This document shows positions 50,026 through 58,907 of a DNA stretch of 64,000 nucleotides, piece after piece. The position numbers and the translations under genes are program-made. This stretch comes from Candidatus Pacearchaeota archaeon (lineage in GTDB: Archaea; Nanobdellota; Nanobdellia; Pacearchaeales; GW2011-AR1). The notes beneath the pieces are model-generated. The model worked only from the letters and a program-made list of their open reading frames with translations. It made no database searches and was not told where the DNA came from. The stretch covers positions 3,913 to 67,912 of the forward strand of contig JAGVWP010000001.1 in the NCBI GenBank assembly GCA_018304985.1, given 5' to 3'. Positions within the stretch are counted from its first letter, which is position 1; the number at the start of each line of letters is the position of its first letter.

Positions 50026-50472
50026 TCAAATCCCCAACTTTCTCTTAATTAAACCCAAGTCTATTTGAATATCTCTAATTTCTTTTTCAGCTTTTCTATT
50101 GACAGCATAATCGTATTCTGCTCTTAATCTATCACGCTCAGCTTCTCTAACCTGGCTCATTAATATTATTGGCGCTTGAATTGCAGCAATGCATGACAAA
50201 ATAAGATTTAATAGAATAAATGGGTAAGGGTCAAATGGATTTTTATTAGTCTGTATTAAAAAATAAATATTTGTAGAAATCCATAATACTAAGAATAAAA
50301 CAAATAGCAGGATAAACGGCCAGCTTCCTGCAAACTTCGTCATCATATCTGATGTTTTTTGCGAGAAAGTTAAGTGTTTTCTGCTGAAAAGCCGGTTAAA
50401 ATGCTCTTGAGAAAGAATATTTTTGTTAATAGGATAAGATTTCAAACTGCCAAAATCGCTCTCTTTTTGCAT
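50026..50472 (-). CDS. DUF1003 membrane protein
   Basis: FAGSW and FDPYPFILLNLILSCIAAIQAPIILMSQ motifs. Confidence 0.9.
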   Translation of the reverse strand: MQKESDFGSLKSYPINKNILSQEHFNRLFSRKHLTFSQKTSDMMTKFAGSWPFILLFVLFLVLWISTNIYFLIQTNKNPFDPYPFILLNLILSCIAAIQAPIILMSQVREAERDRLRAEYDYAVNRKAEKEIRDIQIDLGLIKRKLGI

Positions 50473-50513
50473 ATAAAGACAACCAAGGTTTTCTTTATTA
50501 AACTTTCCTTTAA
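50473..50513 (+). repeat. Intergenic hairpin repeat family A (single unit)
   Basis: ataaagacaaccaaggttttctttattaaactttcctttaa, nearly identical to 47544-47585. Confidence 0.7.
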
Positions 50514-50533
50514 CAAATAGATTGAATGTATAT

Positions 50534-51040
50534 TTAAGATTTGCTCCATTTGCATCCTATTTTATTTTGTATTGCAAATTGCTCTGCTTCCTGGATCTCT
50601 TTTCTGTATTTTGTGTTATCCTCTCCTTCAAATCTTGCAATACAATACCCTTCTCTAACCATTTTCACATTTATATTTTCTTCATTTAGAAAAATATACC
50701 TTAATAGCCTTTTATACTGGTCTTTATCCTCTTTTCCGCTTTCTAAAATAACTTCCTTTCCGAGCAACAACTCATCAATCCTATTTTTTGCAATAGTATA
50801 ACATTCTCTTCCACGCTCGTCACAATCAATTCCAAGCAATCTAACATTTTCTCCCCCACTAACAATAACTGTATCTCCATCAATTATTTTTGTTACAATT
50901 CGTTCTTCTGTTTTTATCTTTCCATCACCAATTTTTATAATATCTCCAAGGATGCCTGAATTAGCATAATTTAAAAATAAATAATCTATTGCCAAAAGTA
51001 ATAAGATTAATATCAGGATAAGAATTTTTCCTCTTTTCAT
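50534..51040 (-). CDS. Thermonuclease (SNase) family protein, membrane-anchored
   Basis: IIDGDT, VRLLGID..E and D.Y.RLLRY motifs. Confidence 0.9.
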   Translation of the reverse strand: MKRGKILILILILLLLAIDYLFLNYANSGILGDIIKIGDGKIKTEERIVTKIIDGDTVIVSGGENVRLLGIDCDERGRECYTIAKNRIDELLLGKEVILESGKEDKDQYKRLLRYIFLNEENINVKMVREGYCIARFEGEDNTKYRKEIQEAEQFAIQNKIGCKWSKS

Positions 51041-51070
51041 ATTTATTATTAGGCAAATTAGTATAAAAGC

Positions 51071-52228
51071 CTAACGATTCTCCACGCCAATTGCTTCTGA
51101 AATATCCTTATATCCGTCGCGTTTTAATAATTTTGTCAGGTCTTGATTTATTTCAGATATTGTTTGAGGTCCTTCAAATACCATTCCCGTAATTAATTGA
51201 ATTAATGAAGCTCCTAGCTTGATTTTTTTATAAGCATCTTCTGCTGAAAAAACTCCCCCAACCCCAATTATTATAAATTTTCCTTTTGTTTTTTTGTAGA
51301 TATAAGAAATATTTTTATTTGCAAGCTCTTCAACAACCTTTCCGCTAATGCCTCCATTTTCTGGCAGATTTTCATCTAAGATTTTATTCTTAATATTAAG
51401 ATTTTCTCTGTCTTTTGTTAAATTAGTGCAGACAAAACCATTAATTTTATATTTTTCAGCTATCTTTATTATATCATCAAGCTGTTTTTCTGATAAATCT
51501 GGGGCTATTTTAAGAAAAATTGGTTTTTTTGAAGGTATTTTTCTAATTTTAGATAACAATAGATTGAGATTTTTAGCATTGTGAAATGGTTGTCCTCCGT
51601 AAGCATTTGGGCAGCTTAAATTAATTGTTGTGTAATCTCCAATTTCTGCAAATGCTTTGTAAGCTTTCACATAATCTTTAATTCCGGCTTCAGTAGATGC
51701 TGTCAATTTGGAATTTGTTTTTGCAACACTTATTCCAATTGGTATTTTACATTTCTTAATGTTAAATTTTTCTTTAAGCCTTTTCGCGACTGCTTCACAT
51801 CCTTCGCTTTTTAATCCATAGTAAACAACTAGAGCTTTTGATTTTTTCAGTCTCCAGAGTCTTGGCTTGGGATTTCCATCGCATCTCTCTCCAGTAACTG
51901 AGCCAACTTCTTCAAAACCAAATCCAGTGCTTGGAATGATATCAATTAAATATCCGTCTTTGTCAAAGCCTGCAGATAATCCTATTGGATTCTTGAATTT
52001 AATACTTAAAATTTTCTGCTCAAGAATTTTATTTGAATAAGAAAAACAAGCTCTTGTTGCAAGCCTTGTTATGGGATTTGAACCTAAAATTTTTCCCAGC
52101 CTTAAGGTATTATCATGAACTTTTTCAGGATCAATTTTAAAAAATATCTGCTTAATTATTCCTTTGTATATTCCTCTTATTCCCTTGTTTCTTAGATAAA
52201 TAATTGCTTCTTTCATTTTTCTTATCAA
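51071..52228 (-). CDS. pyrD: Dihydroorotate dehydrogenase (class 2/quinone-type architecture)
   Basis: DPEKVHD, NPIGLSAGFDK, GNPKPRLWR, NLSCPN, KIAPD, GGISG and GVGGVFS motifs. Confidence 0.9.
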   Translation of the reverse strand: MIRKMKEAIIYLRNKGIRGIYKGIIKQIFFKIDPEKVHDNTLRLGKILGSNPITRLATRACFSYSNKILEQKILSIKFKNPIGLSAGFDKDGYLIDIIPSTGFGFEEVGSVTGERCDGNPKPRLWRLKKSKALVVYYGLKSEGCEAVAKRLKEKFNIKKCKIPIGISVAKTNSKLTASTEAGIKDYVKAYKAFAEIGDYTTINLSCPNAYGGQPFHNAKNLNLLLSKIRKIPSKKPIFLKIAPDLSEKQLDDIIKIAEKYKINGFVCTNLTKDRENLNIKNKILDENLPENGGISGKVVEELANKNISYIYKKTKGKFIIIGVGGVFSAEDAYKKIKLGASLIQLITGMVFEGPQTISEINQDLTKLLKRDGYKDISEAIGVENR

Positions 52229-52298
52229 AATTAACAGGTTTTTAATGGTTTCTATAAAATTAGAGAATATTTAAATAGTAATAATCTTATAATAAAAT

Positions 52299-52661
52299 AT
52301 GGATAAAAACCGAATTGCTGGAATTTACTCGCTAGTGATTTCTATTATTGGAATGGTATTAAGTCTAGCTTATTTTCTTTATCTCATTCAGATTTATGGA
52401 GGAATAATTAACAAAGAGGGGGCTGGAGCAATATTTATATTAGTTATAATTCCTCTTTTTTTCATATCTTTATTATTGCTTTTTTCGTCTTTTGGAATTA
52501 TGAAAAATAAAATGTGGGGAAAAATTGTTTCTTTGATAATATATATTATTATAATACTCCCTTTTTCATTCTCTATTTTTAGTTTTACTTTTTGGGTTTT
52601 ATCTTTAATTAGTCTAATTGGAATAATTCTTATAATATTAAGTTTAAAGCAAAAGAAATAA
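52299..52661 (+). CDS. Small membrane protein (4 TM)
   Basis: Hydrophobic 120-aa ORF. Confidence 0.6.
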   Translation: MDKNRIAGIYSLVISIIGMVLSLAYFLYLIQIYGGIINKEGAGAIFILVIIPLFFISLLLLFSSFGIMKNKMWGKIVSLIIYIIIILPFSFSIFSFTFWVLSLISLIGIILIILSLKQKK

Positions 52662-52673
52662 ATTATTTTTATT

Positions 52674-53195
52674 ATGAAAAAAGAAATGAATGGATTTAAT
52701 CTTATTTTATTTATTCTTTTTATAGTTATTTTAATCATTTTAGCAATTATTTATGTGTTTTTTATTAATTTTAAACAGCAAACACCTGTTCAAACAGCTG
52801 AAAATATTAAACAGGTGTGTTTTAAACAGGTAGATTTACCAATAAATAAGTGTTTTAGTGTTGAGGTTGCGCAAACAGCTGTTGAAAGAGAAAAAGGTTT
52901 GATGTTTAGAGAAGAATTAGGCCAAGATAAAGGGATGTTATTTATATTTCCAAAGGCAGAAAAATATGGATTTTGGATGAAGAATACGCTTATTCCATTA
53001 GATATAATCTGGATTGATGAAAATAAAACAGTAGTTGATATTAAAAAAGATGTTCAGCCGTGCAGGGCAAATAATTCAGATAATTGTCCTGTTTATGTTC
53101 CTGATAAAGAAGCAATTTATGTATTGGAAATAAATTCTGGTTTATCTGAGGAGAATAATTTAAGTGTTGAAGATGAAGTTAATCTTATAAGTTGA
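52674..53195 (+). CDS. DUF192 protein
   Basis: VEVA.T..ER.KGLMFR, GMLF, FWMKNTLIPLDIIW and YVLEINSG motifs. Confidence 0.92.
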   Translation: MKKEMNGFNLILFILFIVILIILAIIYVFFINFKQQTPVQTAENIKQVCFKQVDLPINKCFSVEVAQTAVEREKGLMFREELGQDKGMLFIFPKAEKYGFWMKNTLIPLDIIWIDENKTVVDIKKDVQPCRANNSDNCPVYVPDKEAIYVLEINSGLSEENNLSVEDEVNLIS

Positions 53196-53384
53196 AAATT
53201 ATAAACAGAAATGAATAAATTTAAAATTAATTAAAATAACTAATAAATTATGTTAAATTTCTCCCAAATGAGAAATTTAGTATGATATGGATTCAAGATT
53301 CTGAAAATATTGCAATAACTTTACCTAATTTATAAGTTCAATTAGTAGGTATTAGATTAATTGTAAGTATCTTATTTATCAGAA

Positions 53385-54014
53385 TTAAATTCTTATTCCA
53401 AAAACTCTCAACCTTTCTAAAAGCTGAAGATAATTATGAAATAAAATATATTTCATGCCAACTTTCTTAGCAGGAATTAAATTCCAGTCTCTATCGTCTA
53501 TAAATAGACATTTTTCTGGATGAAGTTTTAATCTTTTGGCAGTTAATTTATATATTTCAGGATTTGGTTTCCTAATTCCTTCTTTTTGAGACCAAACAGC
53601 AGTATTTACTCGCTTGTTTAGTTTGAATTTTTCATAAGCTTCGTAAGACATTCTTGTCTGGTCTGATAAAATGGCTACTTTGTATTTATTTTTCCTTAAT
53701 TTTTTAACAAGCTTAAACATTTTTCTGTCTTTTTTAAAATGTTTTTTAAATGCTTTAACAAACCATTTGTCTAATCTGCTTCTGGAAATATGAAAATGCT
53801 TGGCAATTTGATTTAAATGATGTTCTGTTGTGAATTCTTCTTTAACCATATCCTCCCAATAAGGATTAATAGCATCAAACCACTCTTCAAAACCTATGTG
53901 TAGTTTTTTAGCCATATATTCATGAATTGATCTTCCGTGACCTTTTAATAAAACTCCGTTAACATCAAATATTATTGCTTTGATCTCGGTTTGTTTTTTT
54001 GCTTGTTTTTTCAT
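53385..54014 (-). CDS. HAD-family phosphatase
   Basis: IIFDVNGVL, LSD, RKPNPEIY and FIDD motifs. Confidence 0.88.
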   Translation of the reverse strand: MKKQAKKQTEIKAIIFDVNGVLLKGHGRSIHEYMAKKLHIGFEEWFDAINPYWEDMVKEEFTTEHHLNQIAKHFHISRSRLDKWFVKAFKKHFKKDRKMFKLVKKLRKNKYKVAILSDQTRMSYEAYEKFKLNKRVNTAVWSQKEGIRKPNPEIYKLTAKRLKLHPEKCLFIDDRDWNLIPAKKVGMKYILFHNYLQLLERLRVFGIRI

Positions 54015-54018
54015 GTTT

Positions 54019-54846
54019 TTATAATCTATCTAAAGGAGATTTGACTTTTTTAATTTGACTGCTTGAAATATGAGTATATAATTCGGTAGTAGAAATATTG
54101 GCATGACCGAGCATTTCTTGAATAATCCTTATATCTGTTCCACTTTCTAATAAGTGGGTTGCGAATGAATGTCTAAGAGTATGGGGAGTCACTTTTTTGT
54201 TTATTCCTGCTTTCAGCGCTGTTTTCTTAATTAAAAGTTGTATGTTTCTGGTTGTTAAAGGCTTGTCCTTTGAAAAAATGAATTTATTTTCGGGATTGCT
54301 AGTTATCTGTTTTTCCAGTTGCTTTGAAATTGAATCTGCTAATCTAAATATTCTATCTTTTTTCCCTTTTCCTCTCCTGACCCAACCAATACTTTGTTTA
54401 AAATCTAAGTCTTTAGGAGTAAGGTTAACTAGTTCTGAAACTCTTAAGCCAGAGCTGTAGAGAAGCTGGATTAAAAGTTTTGATTTTTTGAAATTGGCTG
54501 AATCTATTAAAGATCTAACTTCTTCAACAGAAAGCACTTCTGGAAGCTTTCTCTCCCTTTTTGGGACTTCTAACTTAACAAATATATCTGGCCTGTCAAG
54601 AACTCTTTTAAAAAAGAATCTTAAACTTGAGACAGCCAAAGCCCTAGATTTATTGCTATATCTGTCAATTAAACTAGCTAGATAGGATTTAACTTCATCA
54701 AGACTTGTTTTTTCAGCAGAGTCTATTTTTTCTAAAAATGGTCTGAGAAAGAAAATGTAAATGTTAATTGTATTTTTACTATAATCTCTTAATCTTAATT
54801 CAGTCTTCACTTTATCCAAGTATTTTTCTATTTCCTCTTTTTGCAT
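54019..54846 (-). CDS. xerA: Tyrosine recombinase XerA
   Basis: GLRVSEL, GKGKKDR, PHTLRHSFATH and LGH.....T..YT motifs. Confidence 0.85.
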   Translation of the reverse strand: MQKEEIEKYLDKVKTELRLRDYSKNTINIYIFFLRPFLEKIDSAEKTSLDEVKSYLASLIDRYSNKSRALAVSSLRFFFKRVLDRPDIFVKLEVPKRERKLPEVLSVEEVRSLIDSANFKKSKLLIQLLYSSGLRVSELVNLTPKDLDFKQSIGWVRRGKGKKDRIFRLADSISKQLEKQITSNPENKFIFSKDKPLTTRNIQLLIKKTALKAGINKKVTPHTLRHSFATHLLESGTDIRIIQEMLGHANISTTELYTHISSSQIKKVKSPLDRL

Positions 54847-54991
54847 AATTAATTATATTAAACGAAGTTTTTAAATACTTCTTTTAGTGCTGATTAGGCG
54901 AAGTTCTTACACATAAAAATGGTTTTTGGTATGGTTTTTTAAGAATTTTACTTATGCAGAAAGTTTTAAGCTTTGATAAGAAGTTCTATTG

Positions 54992-55378
54992 TCATAATCC
55001 ATGTGATTTATAAGACCCTGAAGCGGGATCTGAATATTTTCCCATCATATTTCTTGAATCTCTAGGTTGTTTAGCTACTTCTTTTTCAAGTTTTGATAAA
55101 ACCCATCTTAATTGATCATTTACATGAATTCCATATTGTTTTAGATCTCTAGAATGCTTTAAATCTCCGATAAAAATATAACCTTTAACTTCTTCTTTTC
55201 TCATGAGTAATCTAGGGGTTCTATCTAATTCAAAAAAAGGATTTCCTTCAGTATCATATTCACCTGTAAAAATCATAAAGGTTGTAATGTTAGGATTAAG
55301 ATACACTCCCCCTTTTTCCAATGGCTGGTTACGATTATCATTTACATTATAATTTGACATTATTCTTTTAAAAAACAC
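54992..55378 (-). CDS. Hypothetical protein
   Basis: 128-aa ORF; start uncertain. Confidence 0.5.
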   Translation of the reverse strand: MFFKRIMSNYNVNDNRNQPLEKGGVYLNPNITTFMIFTGEYDTEGNPFFELDRTPRLLMRKEEVKGYIFIGDLKHSRDLKQYGIHVNDQLRWVLSKLEKEVAKQPRDSRNMMGKYSDPASGSYKSHGL

Positions 55379-55525
55379 TTATTTTTAATCATTTCTATAC
55401 TATTTTCACTGGTTTTTTAGCATTTTACACATGCTAAAACTTCTTGCTTTTGATTAAAGGTTTTAGCTGAATAGACTAAGAGTTAAGAATTAAGAATTAA
55501 AAACTAAAGGATATTCTAAGTTAAA

Positions 55526-55681
55526 CTACATATCAATAACTTGACCTAATACTTGCAATAATCCTATTAAAATAAGATAAATACCTATGGCATAGTTTAA
55601 GATTTTAGGCCAGATAAGAATGAGAATCCCCACTATAATTGCGAGCAGACCAGAAATTAAAACTATTGATATATACACCAT
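55526..55681 (-). CDS. DUF3096-like small membrane protein (51 aa; missing from the ORF track)
   Basis: LAIIVGILILIWPKILNYAIGIYLILIGLL. Confidence 0.75.
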   Translation of the reverse strand: MVYISIVLISGLLAIIVGILILIWPKILNYAIGIYLILIGLLQVLGQVIDM

Positions 55682-55829
55682 TATCTTATTTATTTAATCA
55701 TATTAATATAAATACACTAGCAGTCACATAAATACAAATTATACTAATTGCTAAGTTTGTTATTTTAACAATTTATATTACTACATTACCAATCTGTGCT
55801 TTGGTATAGGTTAATATTATAGTTATGAC

Positions 55830-56015
55830 TTATTTTCTCTTATTGCCTAGTTTGTAATTTCTTGCTAGCTTGCCAATACCTATTGCTAAGACGCCAATTG
55901 CTATAAGCCATGCTAGATATCCTTCAGTAGCTGTACCTAACTGATTAACACCTATTAGCGGCAGTAGCAAAAGTACTCCCAAGATAGTTACCAGCCATGC
56001 TGTTAGTTTTGCCAT
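55830..56015 (-). CDS. Small 2-TM membrane protein
   Basis: MAKLTAWLVTILGVLLLL...; SD agagg before ATG 56015. Confidence 0.7.
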   Translation of the reverse strand: MAKLTAWLVTILGVLLLLPLIGVNQLGTATEGYLAWLIAIGVLAIGIGKLARNYKLGNKRK

Positions 56016-56062
56016 TTTTCCTCTTTTTGTTTTTGTTTCCTTTTTAGTGAACCTAATCATAG

Positions 56063-56179
56063 AAGATCATCTTTTCAGCCCATACTGAATAATGCTGATG
56101 ATATTAGTATCAGCGAGACAATCGATCTTTAACTAATGGCTCTGTTAGTTAATGCCGTCTTTAACTCTTTTTAGTTGAA
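56063..56179 (-). ncRNA. Candidate structured 5' leader RNA
   Basis: Five nested or adjacent inverted repeats between a TATA-like box (about 56200) and ATG 56015. Confidence 0.4.
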
Positions 56180-56261
56180 AGGTAAAGGGTTTTTAGCTAT
56201 TTAAAGGTTTAGAAAATAAGGTTGAATATATGCTAAAACATGTTATCTTTGCTTAAATGTT

Positions 56262-56447
56262 TTAAGCAATATCTGGTAAATATGAATGTCTAATTTTGCT
56301 TAAAACTCCTAAATATCCCTGCGAAATTGGATCAAAATCTGGATCAAAATCTCCCCTATCTAATTCTTCTAGTGAAAGAGTTCTAGAAACTTTTTCTTCA
56401 AGTCTAATAACTTTAATTGTTGGATTAGACTTATAATAATCCGGCAT
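56262..56447 (-). CDS. Hypothetical protein
   Basis: 61-aa ORF. Confidence 0.35.
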   Translation of the reverse strand: MPDYYKSNPTIKVIRLEEKVSRTLSLEELDRGDFDPDFDPISQGYLGVLSKIRHSYLPDIA

Positions 56448-56540
56448 AATATAAAATAGTAAATTTGGTTTTTAAATTAAATGGTTAGAAGTTATAGGGA
56501 TATTTTTAATAGGCAAAATAGGTTCTTTATAAATGAAATA

Positions 56541-57082
56541 TAGCTGTTTATCGGGATTTTTGCTATGGGATTTTTATCGACGTAGTTTAGGTGTTTATTG
56601 GTGTTTAAACAGCTGTTTATTGTAAAATTAGTGCTGTTTAAAGTGTTAAAATAGCTGTTTATGGGTGTTTTTTATAAGTTTTTATAGTATTTTTTGCTGA
56701 AAAAACAAAACATTTAAATACCTCTTCCGTATATAAATTATAGAATGTTTAACTGGCTATTTAATCATAAGAAAAAAGAGGAGATGGAAGAGGTAAAAAA
56801 GGAAGTAAGAGGCTCTTTTGATCATGTTAAATCTGATATTGAAAGAATTAGCAAGTGGGTTAACCATCTAAACAACCAGGATATTTCTTTAAACAGCTGT
56901 TTAGATGATGTTAAACAGGATATATCGACGATAAAAAATGATCTTGAACAGGTTAAAGAAGTTATTTCTATGTTAAATGATGAGGTATCTAAACAGGTGT
57001 TTAAAACAACTAAGCCTGTTTATCGTAAACAAACAGCTGTTGAAGGTGTCCAAACAGCTGTCCAAACAGCTGTCCAAACAGG
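56541..57082. repeat. Array of AAACAGSTGTTT palindromes and half-sites
   Basis: TAAACAGCTGTTTA at 56606 and 56890, TAAACAGGTGTTTA at 56990, tandem CAAACAGCTGTC at 57050-57082, and many STGTTTA half-sites upstream. Confidence 0.85.
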
Positions 57083-57380
57083 CAAAAATAATGATTTTTT
57101 AGGAATCTCAAATTTATCTGTAACTGAAAAAGCAATTCTTTGGGTTTTAATAAATAATGAATTAAAATTAAGTTATGATGATTTAGCTGCAATGCTTGGA
57201 AAAACTAGATCAACAATAAGAGGTCAGATAAATAGTATAAAACAGAAAAGTGATGGATTAATTGAAGAATATGTTGAAAGTAATGGTAAAAAAAGGGTTT
57301 ATATTCCTAGTGAAATAAAGGAAAAAATACTAAAAAATGTGAAAGTGAGAATTGATAAGAAGATTAAAAGAAAGGGATAA
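56745..57380 (+). CDS. Coiled-coil + C-terminal winged-helix protein A
   Basis: N-terminal heptad pattern; LSVTEK..L..L....LSYDDLA.MLGKTRSTIRGQINSIK HTH followed by a wing. Confidence 0.75.
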   Translation: MFNWLFNHKKKEEMEEVKKEVRGSFDHVKSDIERISKWVNHLNNQDISLNSCLDDVKQDISTIKNDLEQVKEVISMLNDEVSKQVFKTTKPVYRKQTAVEGVQTAVQTAVQTGKNNDFLGISNLSVTEKAILWVLINNELKLSYDDLAAMLGKTRSTIRGQINSIKQKSDGLIEEYVESNGKKRVYIPSEIKEKILKNVKVRIDKKIKRKG

Positions 57381-57733
57381 GGTAGTGGATAATAGATTAA
57401 TTAAAGTTGTATAAGGGGGGTTTGTAGGACCTAAAATAACTCTAAAAAACGAAAAGTGAGAGTTCAAATATCCTAAAAACCTAAGGAAAATAGGGAAAAA
57501 GGTAAGTAAATAGGCAAAACAAAAAATAAATAGGTAAAAGTGAGGATAAAAATACTAAAAAATTTTAATATTGATTAAATAAAAAATTCAGAATGTAGTA
57601 AAGTGAGAAGAGAATAAGAAAAAATAAAAATAACTTGGTAAAAATATATTAAAAAATAAAGGAAAATGAGAAAAATGTAGGGGGTAAAAAGAGAAAAAGG
57701 AGGTGTAAATGTAGGGGATAAATAATAAGTGAG
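57342..57733 (+). repeat. Purine-rich spacer with five AAGTGAG copies
   Basis: AAAGTGAG at 57342, 57453, 57537 and 57600; AAGTGAG at 57727. Confidence 0.65.
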
Positions 57734-57832
57734 ATAAAATAAAGGAAAACATTAAAAAAAATAAACTGGGAAATTAGAAGGTTAGTAGACTTGTTCGGTA
57801 TACCCATTAACTAGAAGTTTATATTTATGAAT

Positions 57833-58510
57833 TTATATCTCTCTAAGCTTGATTAAAGTGTCTAAAGAGGCTAATTTTTTGAGATTTTGAGATATGTGGA
57901 GGAGAACTTTCTTGTTATTAATCTTTTCTTTCTCAAGGGAGATACCCTTGGCAATTATCCTTTGAATATAGTCTCTAATTGAGCTTTCAGAAAGATTTAG
58001 CTTGGAAGATAATAAGGGATAATCGACGAGAAAGCCCTGATCTTCAAGCTGGTAAATAAGAGAAAAAACAAGCATTTCCTGGTTAGTAAGATGTTTAAAT
58101 TGAATGATAGTCTCTTTTTTAAGAGCATCCAATTGGTCTAAAATTAGGGAAGTATTAGGTAAATAACCCTGTCTGTCTGTCTGTTGGTTTGTCTGTCTGT
58201 CTGTCGAAACCCCCTTATTTCCTATGGAATTTAAGGTATTTTGACTTTTTAAGCCTTGAAATTGGTATTTATCTGTCGAAGTGTCTGTCGAATTGCTGGA
58301 ATGTGTTGGATTTATCTGTCGAAGTGTCTGTCGGTTTGTCTGTTTGAAATTAGGGTTTTTTTCTAAAATATTTGAGTTAGTTTTAACAGAAAAAAGAACT
58401 AGAATTGAATTTTGGATTTCATCAAGTTCTTTATGAATACTTGAAATTTCCTGCTTAAGAAGAGTTATATCTTCTTTTACTTTTTGAAAAGCTTCTTTTA
58501 CCTGATCCAT
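57833..58510 (-). CDS. Coiled-coil + C-terminal winged-helix protein B
   Basis: N-terminal AFQKVKEDI..LK.EI heptads; LTNQEMLVFS.IY.LE....DY..LS.KLNLSESSIRDYI..II.KG HTH. Confidence 0.75.
   Translation of the reverse strand: MDQVKEAFQKVKEDITLLKQEISSIHKELDEIQNSILVLFSVKTNSNILEKNPNFKQTNRQTLRQINPTHSSNSTDTSTDKYQFQGLKSQNTLNSIGNKGVSTDRQTNQQTDRQGYLPNTSLILDQLDALKKETIIQFKHLTNQEMLVFSLIYQLEDQGFLVDYPLLSSKLNLSESSIRDYIQRIIAKGISLEKEKINNKKVLLHISQNLKKLASLDTLIKLREI
58170..58345. repeat. TCTGTC(GAA) repeat array inside gene B
   Basis: The 24-bp atttatctgtcgaagtgtctgtcg occurs at 58267 and 58310; GTCT runs at 58170-58205. Confidence 0.85.
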
Positions 58511-58576
58511 GTTTTAGGAATTAACTAGAATTTTATAAAGATTTGTATTATTTCATCTTATGTATTCTAAAGAGTT

Positions 58577-58846
58577 TCATTTGGTATGGTTAGAATAAGC
58601 TTCCTGGGCTTTATTTGATAATCTCCATCTAAGTCTTCTTAGGTATTTAGTTCCCTTTGAATTCTTATTTATAGGGATAACAATACCTTTTTTCTCTAAT
58701 TCCTGAATTAGAGTTTTTGTAAATTCTTCATCCCTAGCTATTTCATGGGCTATTTGAGAAGTAAATAGTGGTTTTGGGAATTGATCATAAAGAACTGAAA
58801 GAATATGTTCTGTTATTTTTTCCCTCTTTTTATCTGAAATTTTCAT
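58577..58846 (-). CDS. Small winged-helix protein
   Basis: PLFTSQIAHEIARDEEF...L..ELEKKGIV and RWRLS. Confidence 0.7.
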   Translation of the reverse strand: MKISDKKREKITEHILSVLYDQFPKPLFTSQIAHEIARDEEFTKTLIQELEKKGIVIPINKNSKGTKYLRRLRWRLSNKAQEAYSNHTK

Positions 58847-58907
58847 AAAAAGAGTTGGAAAAGTAGGTTTATAGTTTTTATTATCAAGATATCATCAAGA
58901 AAGACTT

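Noticed and set aside
53231-53258. dif site (TTATGTTAAAT matches the E. coli XerD arm)
   Set aside because: No matching inverted arm 6 bp away; the sequence is part of the dispersed AT-rich module.
54019-54846. Integron integrase or proviral integrase
   Set aside because: No IntI-specific insertion, attC array or viral genes; size and motifs fit XerA.
56090-56130. Hammerhead ribozyme (CTGATGA on the plus strand)
   Set aside because: No GAAA after a stem II and no consistent stems I and III.
57040-57082. QTAV repeats as a simple protein-level tandem repeat
   Set aside because: The same DNA motif occurs in non-coding DNA and in other reading frames, so a protein-only explanation is insufficient.
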